From: Octopus sinensis
Taxonomy: Eukaryota
Direction of reading: 5' to 3'
DNA: 64,000 nt
NCBI RefSeq assembly: GCF_006345805.1
Contig: NC_043007.1
Location: forward strand, 4,960,001 to 5,024,000
Below, in pieces: positions 24,274 to 36,490 of this stretch (within the stretch, counting starts at the first letter, position 1; each line of letters opens with the position of its first letter). The position numbers were made by a program, and so were the translations under genes. Under the pieces are notes generated by a model. The model ran no database searches. It had not been told where the DNA came from and was given only the letters and a program-made list of their open reading frames with translations.

Positions 24274-25990
24274 AAGCCTGGAGGGGTGGGGTAGCAGGGA
24301 ACTGTACCAGGCAGCCAAAAGGAGGCTGGACAGCAGGTATACATAGCCAATTGTGAAGTGGAAAAGAAGTTTCGCAATGTCCAGCAATGTGACGACCAAA
24401 GAATTGAGGTATTTCGGATTGCTAGACAGTGTGTGAGAGAAAATTGTGATGTCACAGGAGAGAAATGTGTCCACATGCTGGAGATTGATGAATGGTTAAT
24501 AAGGGCTGTACAGGCCCTATAGAAAGGGGCCGTTAGTAAGGTTAGGATTGGCAACAGGTATAGTGAAGAATTCCGGGTAGAAGTTGGCGTCCACCAAGGT
24601 TCAGCCCTCAGTCCCCTTTTATTCATCATAGTCCTCCAGGCAATAACAGAGGAATTCAAGACAGGTTGCCCCTGGGAGCTCCTCTATGCTGATGACCTGG
24701 CTCTCATAGCAGAATCACTACCAGAACTAGAAAAGAAATTTTGGGTGTGGAAGCTAGGTTTAGAATCAAAAGGCCTTAGAGTCAATGTAGCAAAGACCAA
24801 AGTTTTAGTAAGTAGGAAGGCAAAATAATCACACACCCCCTCAGGTAGGTGGCCCTGCTCAATCTGTAGAAAAGGTGTAGGTAGAAACTCCATAAGATGT
24901 ACCCAGTGTAAGCTATGGACACATAAGAGGTGCAGCAACATAAAGGAAAATTAACCGAGAAGATAGCTTTGTGTGTGGCAGATGCACAGGTGCAATATAC
25001 ACCTCAGATACTCAGAAAACATTCCATCACACTCCAGGGGAAGAAACTATCAGTAGTTGATAGTTTCCGCTACCTAGGTGACCAAGTTAGTAGTTGGGGT
25101 GGATGCTCATAGAGTGTTACCACTAGAATATGAATAGCTTGGGCAAAGTTTTGAAAGCTTCTACCCCTACTGGTGATAAAGAGCCTCTTGCTCAGAGTGA
25201 AAGGTAGATTGTACGATGCATGTATGTGAACTGCCATGCTTCACCGTGGTGAAATATGGGCTGTGGCTGCAGAGGACATGTGTAGGCTCAAAATAAATGA
25301 AGCTAGCATGATCCGTTGGATGTGTAATGTCAGTGTTCATGCACGAGAGAGTGTTAGCACCTGGAGAGAAATGCTGGCCATAAGAAGCATGGATGTGGCA
25401 TGCAGGAGTGACGTTTACGCTGGTATGGTCATGTACTATGGATGGATGAGGAGAGATGTGTGAAGTAGTGCCACTCCCAAACAGCTGAAGGAATCCGGGG
25501 TAGAGGTAGACCCAAGAAGACATGGGATGAGGTGGTCAAGCATGACCTTCGAACGTTGGGCCTCACAGAGGTAATGACAAACAAACCGAAATCTCTGGAG
25601 ATATGCTGTGACTGTGAAGACCCGACAAATAACAAGAGTTCAAGGCTGTTTCCAGCACCAGCTTCACATAGCAGCCCCAGACCATCCAAAGTACCTTGGC
25701 TTGCAGAACGGCTTGCTATGCTTACCTTGGATCATAGGGTGACCCGCTGCGCTTGAGGAGACCTATTGAGTCAAGTACATCAGCATCAAAATAAAAATCA
25801 AATGGAAATTGTAGTTGTGATACCTGTGCTGGTGGCACGTAAAAAGCACCCACTACTCTCACGGAGTGGTTGGCATTAGGAGGGGCATGCAGCTGTAGAA
25901 ACACTGCCAGATCAGACTGGAGCATGGTGTAGCCTCCTGGCATCAAGACCTTGATTGAACTGTCCAACCCATGCTAGCATGGAAAACGGA
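24274..25990 (+). mobile_element. RTE-clade LINE, 5'-truncated, internally deleted, with 3' tail
   Basis: VGVHQGSALSPLLFIIV, LLYADDL, FRYLG, WYGHV, GRGRPKKTW motifs with stops; ends in the family-C 3' sequence and (GAT)n. Confidence 0.9.
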
Positions 25991-26289
25991 TGATGATGAC
26001 ATATATATATATATATATAATTAAATAAAAAGGGGTTTGTATGATTGTGTATAGAGGGATATATATTATTCAAAGAAATTCCAACTTTATTTTTTATATT
26101 TTATTTATATTATTTATAATATTAATGTAGAATATAGAATACATAGCATATATAGTATAAAAAGTATATATAGTAGTATAATAAAATGAAGTATTGATTG
26201 TCTTATTGAATAGATGAAATGTTGAATATCAAATATTAAGGGACTAGTATACTTTCTTGCATTAAAGCAGTCTTCAAGGTGCCAGGTTG

Positions 26290-26940
26290 TGACAGGAATG
26301 TTTCAACTGAAATTCAAAACGAAGGTTTTTACTTCACTCATTAGGGAACCTTTATATGCTGACCACTGCGATCTTGTCAGTCATTCTGAAACAAGTCTGC
26401 AATATCTTGTATCTGCATTTGACTCAGCTTGTGATGATTTTGGTTTGACCATCAACTTGAAAAAAAAAATCAGTTGTAATGCCCCAACTTGCATGTGGTG
26501 CTGTTTGTAGCCCCACTAAAATTTTTGTTAAGGGAAAGTTACTTGAGGTTGTTGATTCGTTCGTCTACTTTGGAAGCTCTGTACAAAATGATGGAAATTT
26601 TGATACAGAAATACAGCTGCGAATTCAAAGGGCAGCAAAAGCATTTGGTGGCTTGGAGTCACGTGTTTGGTGCCAGCGACACATATATCAATACAAAGCT
26701 GGCTCTTTACAAATCCTTTGCCTTACCATTCCTGTTGTATTCTTGTGAAACACGGACATGTTATGAAAGACATTTCAAATTGTTGGAACAATTCCACCAA
26801 AAATGCCTTCATCGCATTTTAAACATCAAATGGAATTCTTTTACTCCAAACACAGATGTCCTTGCATCTGCAGGCATCACCTCGATTAAAGCTATGATTT
26901 TGAGGAACCAAATGAGATGCTGTGGCCATATTGTTTGAAT
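26290..26940 (+). mobile_element. RTE/BovB-like RT fragment
   Basis: LIREPLYADHCDL...FGLTINLKK, VDSFVYFGS, LLYSCE...LEQFHQKCL.RIL.IKW. Confidence 0.8.
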
Positions 26941-26949
26941 GGTGGATAA

Positions 26950-28090
26950 ATGGATGCCCAAACATCTGTCCACAATCTCTACCTAAGAAGAAATGAAGGT
27001 GATAGAGGCTTGAGATCAGTGCAGATGGCCTTCCAATGCCATATGGCATCACTCAAGCAGCACCTGCTAAACAACAGCAGCAAAATTAAATGTATTCATG
27101 CAGTCCTGAAAAGTGAAGTGAGCAACATTGTATGCATTGGCAGTAAACTCCACAAGAAGCACTCCTTTCCTGATGATCTCCTATACAGCCCCCAAAACAG
27201 CTAGACTCTCTTACCTCAGAGAAGACCTCAGCATACAGAAAAAAAAGACCATGCATGGGTATGTTGCCTGGAAGTTTGAAGAAGGCAGTAGACTTGACAC
27301 GAAGCACAACCTCTCTTGGACACAAGACCACTACATCACATCACACTTTGAATGCTTTGCGTTTGCAATTCAGGAACAGGAGACTGCCACAAAGTACCCG
27401 GTGAACAAGAGAGACAATGATGCTCTTGTAATCTGAAGGTGCAACCGCATGTGTAGCCTATGTCATGTTTCTGTGGAAGACATCACACATGTGATTAACA
27501 GCTGTCCTAAAATGTCACGGTATTACCTCCTTATGTTGTTGCTAAAACAATTTACAATGCTATCTGCAAAAAAAGACAATCCTGAAATAAACTTCAAAAA
27601 TCCCTCTATTATAGAGCACATTCAAAACACATCAACTCAAGGAATACTGGTGGAATATTCCCATCAAAACTTCTGTCAGATGTAAGTATAACAGGTTGGA
27701 TATTGTTGTTTGGGAACAGAGGGACAACGGTATGTACTATCATAGAGGTTAGCTGCCCTGCAGATATAAATATCTTTTTGAAAATCAAAGGAAAAGAGGA
27801 TATCTCTGGTCAACTGCTTCGAAACCTCCAGCTTTCTCCAGTCTATGAATTCGTCTTTATACAAATAATAACTGGAGCACTAGATTGTGTTAGTAAACAC
27901 TTAAAGGAGAATCTGGATAAACTGGGATTCTCGGAAAGAGAATTTGACTGGCTGATTCGTACATTGCAAGTGAAATCTGCAAGTGGAACAGTAAAAATAT
28001 GCAAGACTTTTCTCAAGTTCCAAATGTGAATTTTGTCTGTGTTAGCTACATCCCAAAGATGGAGCCTTGTATCTTTGTTGTAAACCAGCT
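26950..28090 (+). mobile_element. R4/Dong-like non-LTR retrotransposon 3' part (CCHC zinc knuckle + restriction-like endonuclease)
   Basis: LYLRRNEGDRGL, FAIQEQE..TK, CSLC...EDITHVINSC, IIEVSCPAD, GTVKICKTFL. Confidence 0.75.
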
Positions 28091-28149
28091 CCCTCCTCAG
28101 TGGTAGATATATAATAATTAAAAAATAGAAGAAACACACACACACACAC

Positions 28150-28430
28150 ACATATAGAAGTTCTGAAAAAACTTGGTATATCTAACAAGGTGTTGATGTT
28201 ATCATTTTCTTTCATGAGGGAATGAAAGCTACTATTGTTTCTGGCAGGGAATCTTCAGTTTCCTTTGATGTTGCAAACGGCACAAAGCAAGGATGTATCA
28301 TGGCCACTGTTTTGTTTGCATTCTTCTTTTCAGTGATGCTGAAGTATCCGTTTGGGGACATGGAAAAAGGTGTTAAATTCCAGTTTCGAACAAGTGGTGG
28401 ATCATTCAATTATTAGTGTTTCAATGCCAA
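28150..28430 (+). mobile_element. RTE/BovB-like RT fragment (N-terminal RT subdomains)
   Basis: FHEGMKATI...SFDVANGTKQGCIMATVLF. Confidence 0.75.
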
Positions 28431-28444
28431 AGCACTTCAAAATA

Positions 28445-29265
28445 TCACAGTAGAACTCTCGATTGATGGTCTGGCGGCCCTGGGGGACAAATTATTGATG
28501 TACGATACTGCGGATCTCAGAAAGAAATGATGAGCTTGCTCTTGGTTCTGCTGCAACTCTGTCATTCCTTCCTCAGGTCATGGAGATGAAGGGATCTTCC
28601 ATTGTGACAGCCACTCCCATCATGACAGCAGCATGCTGAGGGAAATCTTGACAGACTTTGACGCAATGGTCTTTCTGCTCAGTGATCTGCAGGGGGGGGG
28701 GTTGAATCCATGCCTGCATGGATCCATACAGCAAAGCAACAGCAGCAATGTTGCTGATGGTCCTCTGACGATCCTCATGCCACACACTGATGAATTTTCT
28801 CCACGTTTTCAGGGGCGACACTCATGGCAGCTCTTCCAGATCACTTATCATCTTCCGGGGACATCTCTTCTGCTTCTGAAGCACTCGTGCCACTCGAAAC
28901 ATTGCGTATGACCCATTGCCTCACCACCATAAGCTTGCCAAAGCATGCTCAATGTCTCTGTAGCAGACTTCCCAAGTTTAATGCAAAGTTTCCTGTTGCC
29001 TCTTTGTTCCAACTCCCTGTCCATGACAAAATTGCAGACGGCAGCAAACACATCATCATCATCATCATTGTTTAACATCCGCTTTCCATGCTAGCATGAG
29101 TTGGACGGTTTGACTGGGGGCTGGTGAACCAGATGGCTGCACCAGGCTCCAATCTTGATTTGGCAGAGTTTAGCAGACGACAGCAAACACACGATCACAA
29201 AAACACAAAGTCAACACAATGATGTCACACTGCCCCATGAGGGTCACTGTTAGCTCTCACTGCAC
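28445..29265 (-). mobile_element. Second decayed mariner copy (5' half) with nested insertion
   Basis: EQRGN.KLCIKLGKSATETLSML.QAYG...CFEWH..F; homologous to the 2200-3190 region. Confidence 0.85.
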
Positions 29266-30305
29266 ACACAACCATGTGTGCTGCCATTTGTTGGCGCCCT
29301 ACAGGACTACTGAGATACCACCTCACATCATAATAAAAGAAGGGAATCTAGTCAGAAATATAAAGATATCGCTGGAAAACCTCCCGTGTTTTGCATGTCC
29401 GTTCGTGTGGTGCCAGTGAAGTTAGGCTGGTGGTAATGGAGTCTGTAATTATCTAAAGCTTTACCATTTCTTAGTCACCACCGTGCTTTGAACTGGTGTA
29501 CACAGTGTTTACTTTCGAAATGATTCAAGAATAGTGAAACTGAAGATTTTTATGTTGCACTCTATACACACACTAAAGTAGTACATGGCAGTTTATTATA
29601 TTCCTTGCTTGACATTTTTCTTCACATGATTATCTATCATGTGTAATCATGAATGATTCTTGCAGGAAATGCTTCCATCTGTGATGGAAATGTCACAAGC
29701 AAATTGTGACAAAAATTGTTATTGTGACCAACTATTTCATATCTAATTAAATTGTCATAACGAGTAGTTAACAACCAGCCTCTTGGTGGTCATACTGTCT
29801 GCTAGAAAGAGCAGCAAAAATACATATCAGAAAACACTTTACTGTCATATCTAAATGAATTATGTCATTACAAACGAACCAAGAAGTTTTTAAGTTGTGA
29901 TTCAGTCTGCTAGAAACGCCAGCCAAATGTCTCTCAAATCTCACTTCATGTCTGTATTGCAAGCCATATGCTACAAATGCGTCCTGGTGACAAAGGCCAC
30001 TGTACACAAGAACAAAATCCCCAGGGAGAGGGAAGTTCTTATGAGACAGAGTACAAAACTTTCAAATTGCGTAAACAAACAAATTGAAAGCAGTGAAAAC
30101 TCCCCCCCCCCTGAAAATACAATTGTTTGAGAAAAATCTGCAACTCTCCCATGGAAAAGAAAGAGCAGACAAAGAAGCCCGGGATATAGACAACATAAAA
30201 TCTAATCAAAGCTTTCTACAAGTTTGCCAAAGAAACAGCCTCAATGCACTGTATATATGTATATATAAATATATGTATATATAAATATATGTATATATAT
30301 GTATA

Positions 30306-30336
<31 letters not shown>

Positions 30337-32151
30337 GTGTCATCATCATCATCATCGTTTAGCATCGATGATGATGATGACACATATATATACATATATG
30401 TATATATATATGTATATATATGTGTGTATATATATATATATATTGTTTTTTGTTGTAGCTTCAGTTCATAGCTGCAGCCATGCTGATGCACCGCTGTTTT
30501 GCTACACTGTAATTACTGAGAGCCTCCTCCAATATGTGGCACTTGGTGAAGAATGGAGTTTGATGTAGCTACCCTCATTTGCACCTCTTGCCGTGAGGTA
30601 GGTTCATCTGGGACTCTCAACAGGAAGATTTGATTTAAAAACCCCTACATCTACTTTGTGCAGGTTCCTCAGGCTCTTTGGGAGAATATTAAAAAGCTGT
30701 GGGGTCCCTGAAACCCAGGCTGTTGCAGTAGCTGTACCTGAAGCGTGATGGTGTTGCTGAGATCTTTGGCCCTGTGCAGTGTCGTCCCGTTCTGGCATTG
30801 GTCACCAAGTCTCACTTATTTCCAAGTGGGGTAATGTTTCCCCATGGCCAGGCATGTCTCTACAGAATGCCGGAAGTGTATGATGTTCATTTACAACAAT
30901 CATGTGATAGGGAAACAAAGAAACAAACAACCAAACAAGCAATCACACACACATGCATGCACTGTGGAACTTCTTTCAGTTTCTGACTGCCAAATTCACT
31001 CACAAAGCTTTGATTGACCCAGGGCCATAATAGAAGATACTTGCCTGAGGTTTCACATAGTGGAGCTGAGCCTGAAACCATGTGGTTAGGAAGCAAACTT
31101 TTTAATTACCTTAATTACACAGCTACAGCATAATTCTCAAGTAGAATCAATGTAATTTGAAATGAGGATGTAGAGGTCCATAGCTTAATACTGCAAGCTT
31201 ATTGTTCAGTATTCTAATGATTTTGTCAAAACCACCACCAATAAGCTTGCAGAATGGGACGACACTGCATAGGACCAAAGATCCCAGCAACACCAACACA
31301 CGTGCACACACACATGCACACACACATGCACACACATGTAAATCCATGTACACATGCATAACACATGCACAAATACACACAGACACACACATGCACAAAT
31401 ATGTGAACACGCACACGCACACACAGGCACACACACACACAGACTCACACAATGAGCTTCTTTCAGTTTCCCTCTACCAAATTCACCCATAAGGCTTTGT
31501 TTGGCATGGGGCCAATGGCAGAAGATATTTGCCCCGGATGCCATGTTTGTTTCAATCATTTGACTGCGGCCATGCTGGAGCACCACCTTTAGTCAAACAA
31601 ATTGACCCCAGGACTTACTCTTTGTAAGCCTAGTACTTATTCTATTGGTCTCTTTTGCCGAACTTCTAAGTTATGGATACACAAAGACACCAACATTGGT
31701 TGTCAAGTGATTGGTGGGGGACAAACACACACACACACACACAAATATATGCATATAAATACATATAAATACATATAAATACATATAAATACATATATAT
31801 ACATATAAATACATATAAATACATATATATATATATCTAATAAAGAGTCAGGGTTTGATGTGAACCTGTTTGCTGGTCACTTTATCATTATTTTTATAGA
31901 GAATGATAACTTATTTGAATTTTACGTATATATATATTTATGATGGGCTTCTTTCAGTTTCCATCTACCAAATCTACTCACAAGGGTTTGATCGGCCCAA
32001 GGCTATAGTAGAAGACACTTGCCCAAGGTGCCTTGCAGTGTGACTGAACCTGGAACCATGTGGCTGAGAAGCAAGCTTCTTACCACTCAGCCATGCCTAC
32101 ACATCTATTTATTTATTTTACTTAATTTTTTTTATAATCATTACAATTTTC

Positions 32152-32535
32152 GGATCTTTTCACTTTGACCGGCAGATTTTTAAACTAATTTCTTTGTAAC
32201 TAAACACTTTTAAACTTCATATACTGGTAGAATGTGTTACATCAAACATCTTTTTCTCTTGGCTTTCTTGAGAAAATTCTGTAGTTTGTAAGCTATTTGT
32301 TGTTTAATTTCTTGCATTTCGGCAATTTCAACCAATCAATGACATCTATTGAGGTGAATACAATATCTGCCGTATTTTGTCAACAACATTTTCTGGCGGT
32401 GTCATATGAATTTTCTCAAGAAAGCCAAGAGAAGAAGATGTTTTATGTAAAACATTCTACCAGTATACGAAGTTTAAAAGTGTTTAGTTACAAAGAAATT
32501 ATTTTTAAAATCTGCCTGTCAAAGCGAAAAGATCC
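32152..32535. mobile_element. Intact MITE with ~125-bp TIRs and 8-bp TSD (Merlin-like)
   Basis: GGATCTTTT...AAAAGATCC ends; CAATTTTC duplicated at 32144-32151 and 32536-32543. Confidence 0.85.
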
Positions 32536-32556
32536 CAATTTTCTTGTTTTTTCCAG

Positions 32557-32667
32557 CAAAAATAATGCCAAAAAGAAGCGGGAAAGCAACGCTGGTCTTG
32601 CAGCCGCCAACTCAGCTATTTGGGGGATTAGGTTAAACAATGCAGAGAAAACCAAATTACATTACAG
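32557..32667 (+). CDS. BBOF1: BBOF1 coding exon 2
   Basis: ttccag acceptor, gtaaca donor; AAANSAIWGIRL...HYR resembles the conserved A.AN..LWE.RL...YR segment. Confidence 0.85.
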
Positions 32668-33625
32668 GTAACATACAAATTTTATTCATTCTCAGTCATT
32701 TTCCCTTTTATTATCATCATCATCATAATTTACATCGTTTAATGTCCACCTGCACCAGACTTCTGTGTCTGTTTTAACAAAGTTTTACGGCTGGATGTCC
32801 TTCCTAACACCAACCACTCTGCAAAGTGGACTTAGGCAAGGTCAGTTTTGGTATGGTTTTTACAGCTGGATTCCCTTCCAAATGCCAACCACTTTACAGT
32901 GTGAACTGGATGCTTTTTTTAAGTGGCACCAGCACTGGTGGGACCACCAAGTAATTTGCAAGACAAAGATTCTTTGAGAAAGGAGGGGGGCATTGGAGGA
33001 GGAGATCTTGATTTAGTTGATGAAAGATTATAGCGAGGGAGAGAGAGAGAGAGAGAGAAACAGGTGTCTTACTGTAAAGGAGATGCATGGTTACTCAGCC
33101 TGAAGGAAGAGCAGGAAAAGGAGAGAGAGAGTGAGAGACAACAGGAGTGCAAAAGAGAGCAGGAGAGAGATAGTGGCAAAATGCCAGACACACTCAGAAG
33201 GGATAGGGATCAGATTATGAGATGGTTGAGTAAAAGGAGAGAGAGAGAGATGTCTGGTGGCAAGTGGCAGGGCCATACCGTTGTAGTATGGAGGTCATAT
33301 AAGTGGCAGGGCATTGCCAAAGAAGTGTGGCTAGGGAGTGGGGGAGGGAAATGCAGTGAGTGGGGAAAACCTGGGTGCATAGAAGTGGGTGGGAGGCTAC
33401 TGGATTGCAATGATACAGGGAACAGGGTCATGAGGACAGAATTAGGGAGTTCTTTTCTTTCACTTGCTTGTAGTCTCCTTCCTTATTTTAGGGTTAGGGT
33501 TAGGTTTTTTTTGTCATTTTTCTTCCATCTTTTCTTCCTCAGCCTCTTCTCATCTCATCATCCCTTCCCACATCATCTGTCCTTTTTCATTTGTTTCTTT
33601 TCTTTTTATGTTTTATTATTTCCAG

Positions 33626-33749
33626 GGAATATGCCTTTAAGTTGCTCATGGAAAATGAATCCCTGCAAAGTCAGATCTGCCAGGTTGAATGGGACACCAT
33701 CGAAGTGCTGAACTATCTGAAAAACCAAGATGGCAAAAAAGACGAATCT
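33626..33749 (+). CDS. BBOF1: BBOF1 coding exon 3
   Basis: ENESLQ...EWDTIEVLNYLKNQD.KKD; AG/GT, phases consistent. Confidence 0.9.
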
Positions 33750-34877
33750 GTATGCTGGCATTTCTTTCAGTGTTCCTCTCATTTGTTCTTTAGTTAGGCT
33801 GGAACCATGGTTGAATGGGTGTGTAAATTTTGACTTCTGCATGGATTGCCATGAGAGTGAGAAAGTATTTGGTGTCCATATGCCAATTCTGGAGGATGTG
33901 GATTCATTGGCAGAATTGGTAGAGCATCAGTGAATTTATTATCATCATTGCTGTCATCATCATCATCATCGTCATCATCATCATCATCGTCATTGTCATT
34001 AAATGCTTGTCTTCCAAGCTGGAATGGGTGCTGGATGGTTTGCTGAGACCTGATGAGTCAAAGAACTGTGTCATGCTTCATTGTTTGCTTTGGAATGGTT
34101 TCTATGGCTTGGATGCCCTTCCCAACCACTTTACAGAGTGTAGTGGGGGTTTCTTTTGTGACACCAGCACTAGGAATTATTGTCTTGTAATTTGCAAGAC
34201 TAATGACCTAAAGTGGCCCCCATAACTGAGAGAGAATAGAAGAGTGAACATTAACTCTAGGTGTGTGGTAGGGATGATGAAGGATAAGGTGAGAGGGAGA
34301 GATTTCTAGTTGTGATGGGTTGTTAGAGAAGTGGATGACTTAGTAATAGAGTGGTCACAAATTGGGTGGGTAGAATATGACAGGGTAGAGAAGAGAGGGA
34401 ATCGGTTGGTAGAGTATCAGTGAACGGAATTGGTAGAGTGTGGGACAAAAATGCTTTATGATCTTTAATTCCAATCCTTTTCAGTCTGATGTTTCTATGA
34501 ATACTCCCTTTTTTTCACTAATGTAGAAAGAGAGATGAGGGATCCTATGAAGATTTGCTATAAATAGCAGTCATCATCATCATCATCATCATCATCATGA
34601 TCACCACCACCACCACCACCACCACCACCACCACCACCACCACCACCACCACCACCACCACCACCACACCACCATGTGTCTGACTCATACACTGTTCACT
34701 TTCCAGATATTTGTGCATTACTGCATATGCTTTATGCGCTCTTTTGACAAGTTGTGGTGCACCTGAGCACTGTATACAATAATTTCATTATTATTATATA
34801 GCAGTTCCCATGGCCATCCAGTTCTGAATTCCTCTGTTATATATGTATATATGTATGTATGTATGTATATATGTATG

Positions 34878-35220
34878 TGAAGGTACATGGCTCAGTGGAT
34901 AGTGTCAGTCTCACAATCACAAGGTAGTGAGTTCGATTCCCAGGCCAGGCTGCATGTTGTGTTCTTGAACAAGACACTTTATTTCACGTTATCTCCAGTT
35001 AACTCAGCTGTAGGAATGAGTAGCCATGTTACTGGTGCCAAGCTGTATCGGCCCCTTTGCCTTTCTCTTAGATAACATCAGTGCCGTGGGAGAAGGGAAG
35101 CTGGTATGCATGGCCGACTGCAGGTCTTCCATTAACAACCTTGCCCGGATTTGTGCCTTGGAGGGGAACTTCCTAGGTGCAATCCCATGGTCAATCATCA
35201 CGAAAGGAGGTCTTTACCCT
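34878..35220 (+). mobile_element. tRNA-derived SINE, family E
   Basis: tggctcagtgg A-box, gagttcgattcc B-box, gtgttcttgaacaagacact core; inverse copy at ~57055-57381. Confidence 0.75.
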
Positions 35221-35412
35221 TTGTATGTATCATCATCATCATCATCATCGTCATTTAGCATCCACTTTCCATTGTCGGCATGGGTTAGATTCTTTGACTG
35301 AAACTGGCAAGCTGGAGAGCCGCACCATGGTTCCAGCCTGATTTTCGTATGGTTTCTACAGCTGGACGCCCTTCCCGAAACCAATCTATAAATATATATT
35401 TCTGATTTCCAG

Positions 35413-35478
35413 ATTGACCGATTACAAAAAGAAGTCTGTGAACTCCAAAAGAAGCATGAGAAAGAAATTTCTATATTG
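35413..35478 (+). CDS. BBOF1: BBOF1 coding exon 4
   Basis: IDRLQKEVCELQKKHEKEISIL; ttccag acceptor, gtagac donor; phase 0/0. Confidence 0.8.
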
Positions 35479-35781
35479 GTAGACATAAATTTACTACTTC
35501 TCTTTTGCTTTCTTTTTCTTTTATTTTTACTTCTCTTCTCCCTCTCAAAGACTCCACTGTTGTGTTTTTTATGTGCTATTCCTTCTCCTCTGTTTTTTTC
35601 TTTATAGTAAATTAGTAAAAGTTTGAACCCATAATTATATATATATATAAGTTCAGCAAAATTTAGATTCAGATGAATCTGGTACTTAAGTTAAATGCAC
35701 CAGAATTTGGTATGGTATTATCCATATAAATCAAATGGGGTGATTATAATCAAAATAAGCAACAAGGATATCCAAGGTAGA

Positions 35782-35867
35782 GTAGTACAATCGTTTCATG
35801 CTACTTCATTTTATTAAACACTGTAAGTATTACATCAGTTTTAAAATGTCGAGCAATCTTCAGCCAC
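35782..35867 (-). ncRNA. Hammerhead motif with long stem II in a Penelope-type repeat (element ~35650-35880)
   Basis: gugg-CUGAAGA-[long hairpin]-GAAAC-gauu-GUA-cuac on the - strand; same family as 51102-51500. Confidence 0.55.
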
Positions 35868-36346
35868 ATATAGAATTTTATAATATGATATATCATATAT
35901 ATATCTATCATATATCATATATATATATATATATATACATACACACACAGACACTCATACACATACACAAGGATTTAGGTGTAGAGAGTTAGTAAGCTTT
36001 GAGCAGTGCATGGTAGGTAAAGAAAACAACTTTCAGAAACGATATTATTCTATTGGCATTGATAGTTGTAGGTTTTCCTACATTGAGGTTTGAGAAGCTG
36101 GGAAAAAGTCTTTTTATCGTTCATGTTTAGCAACAAGGGTTGCTATGAATGTAAATAAAAATCCAAATTGAGGAAAATGGAGCGGATAAAACCCAGGTTA
36201 CATATGCTTCCTAACGAGCAGAACTTTGGAGGTAATAATTACTCAATGAAGGGTACCTCTCGAGTAATTATTATTTCTGAGTAATTGTTATTTCTAGCTA
36301 GAAAATATATTTAGCATGAATTTTACCATTTTTTTCTTCTTTTTAG

Positions 36347-36490
36347 ACTGTTGACTTCCAGGAACAGTTAAACAATCTTGAAGATAAACTACAAGCGAAA
36401 AGACGAGAAGCAGATAGTTATCACAATGACCTGAAACAAGTCCGTCATATTTCTGCAGAGCGAGATGAAATGCAGAAGGAAATAGATGAG
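36347..36490 (+). CDS. BBOF1: BBOF1 coding exon 5
   Basis: TVDFQEQLNNLEDKLQ...MQKEIDE; strong pyrimidine tract, gtaagg donor. Confidence 0.88.

Noticed and set aside
32565-32636. ATG CCA AAA AGA (MPKRSGK...) as BBOF1 start inside exon 2
   Set aside because: Out of frame with the conserved ANSAIW..RL segment and ends at a TAA
33064-33711. 215-aa ORF
   Set aside because: Low-complexity GA-rich and T-rich intron sequence; it overlaps true BBOF1 exon 3 in the wrong frame
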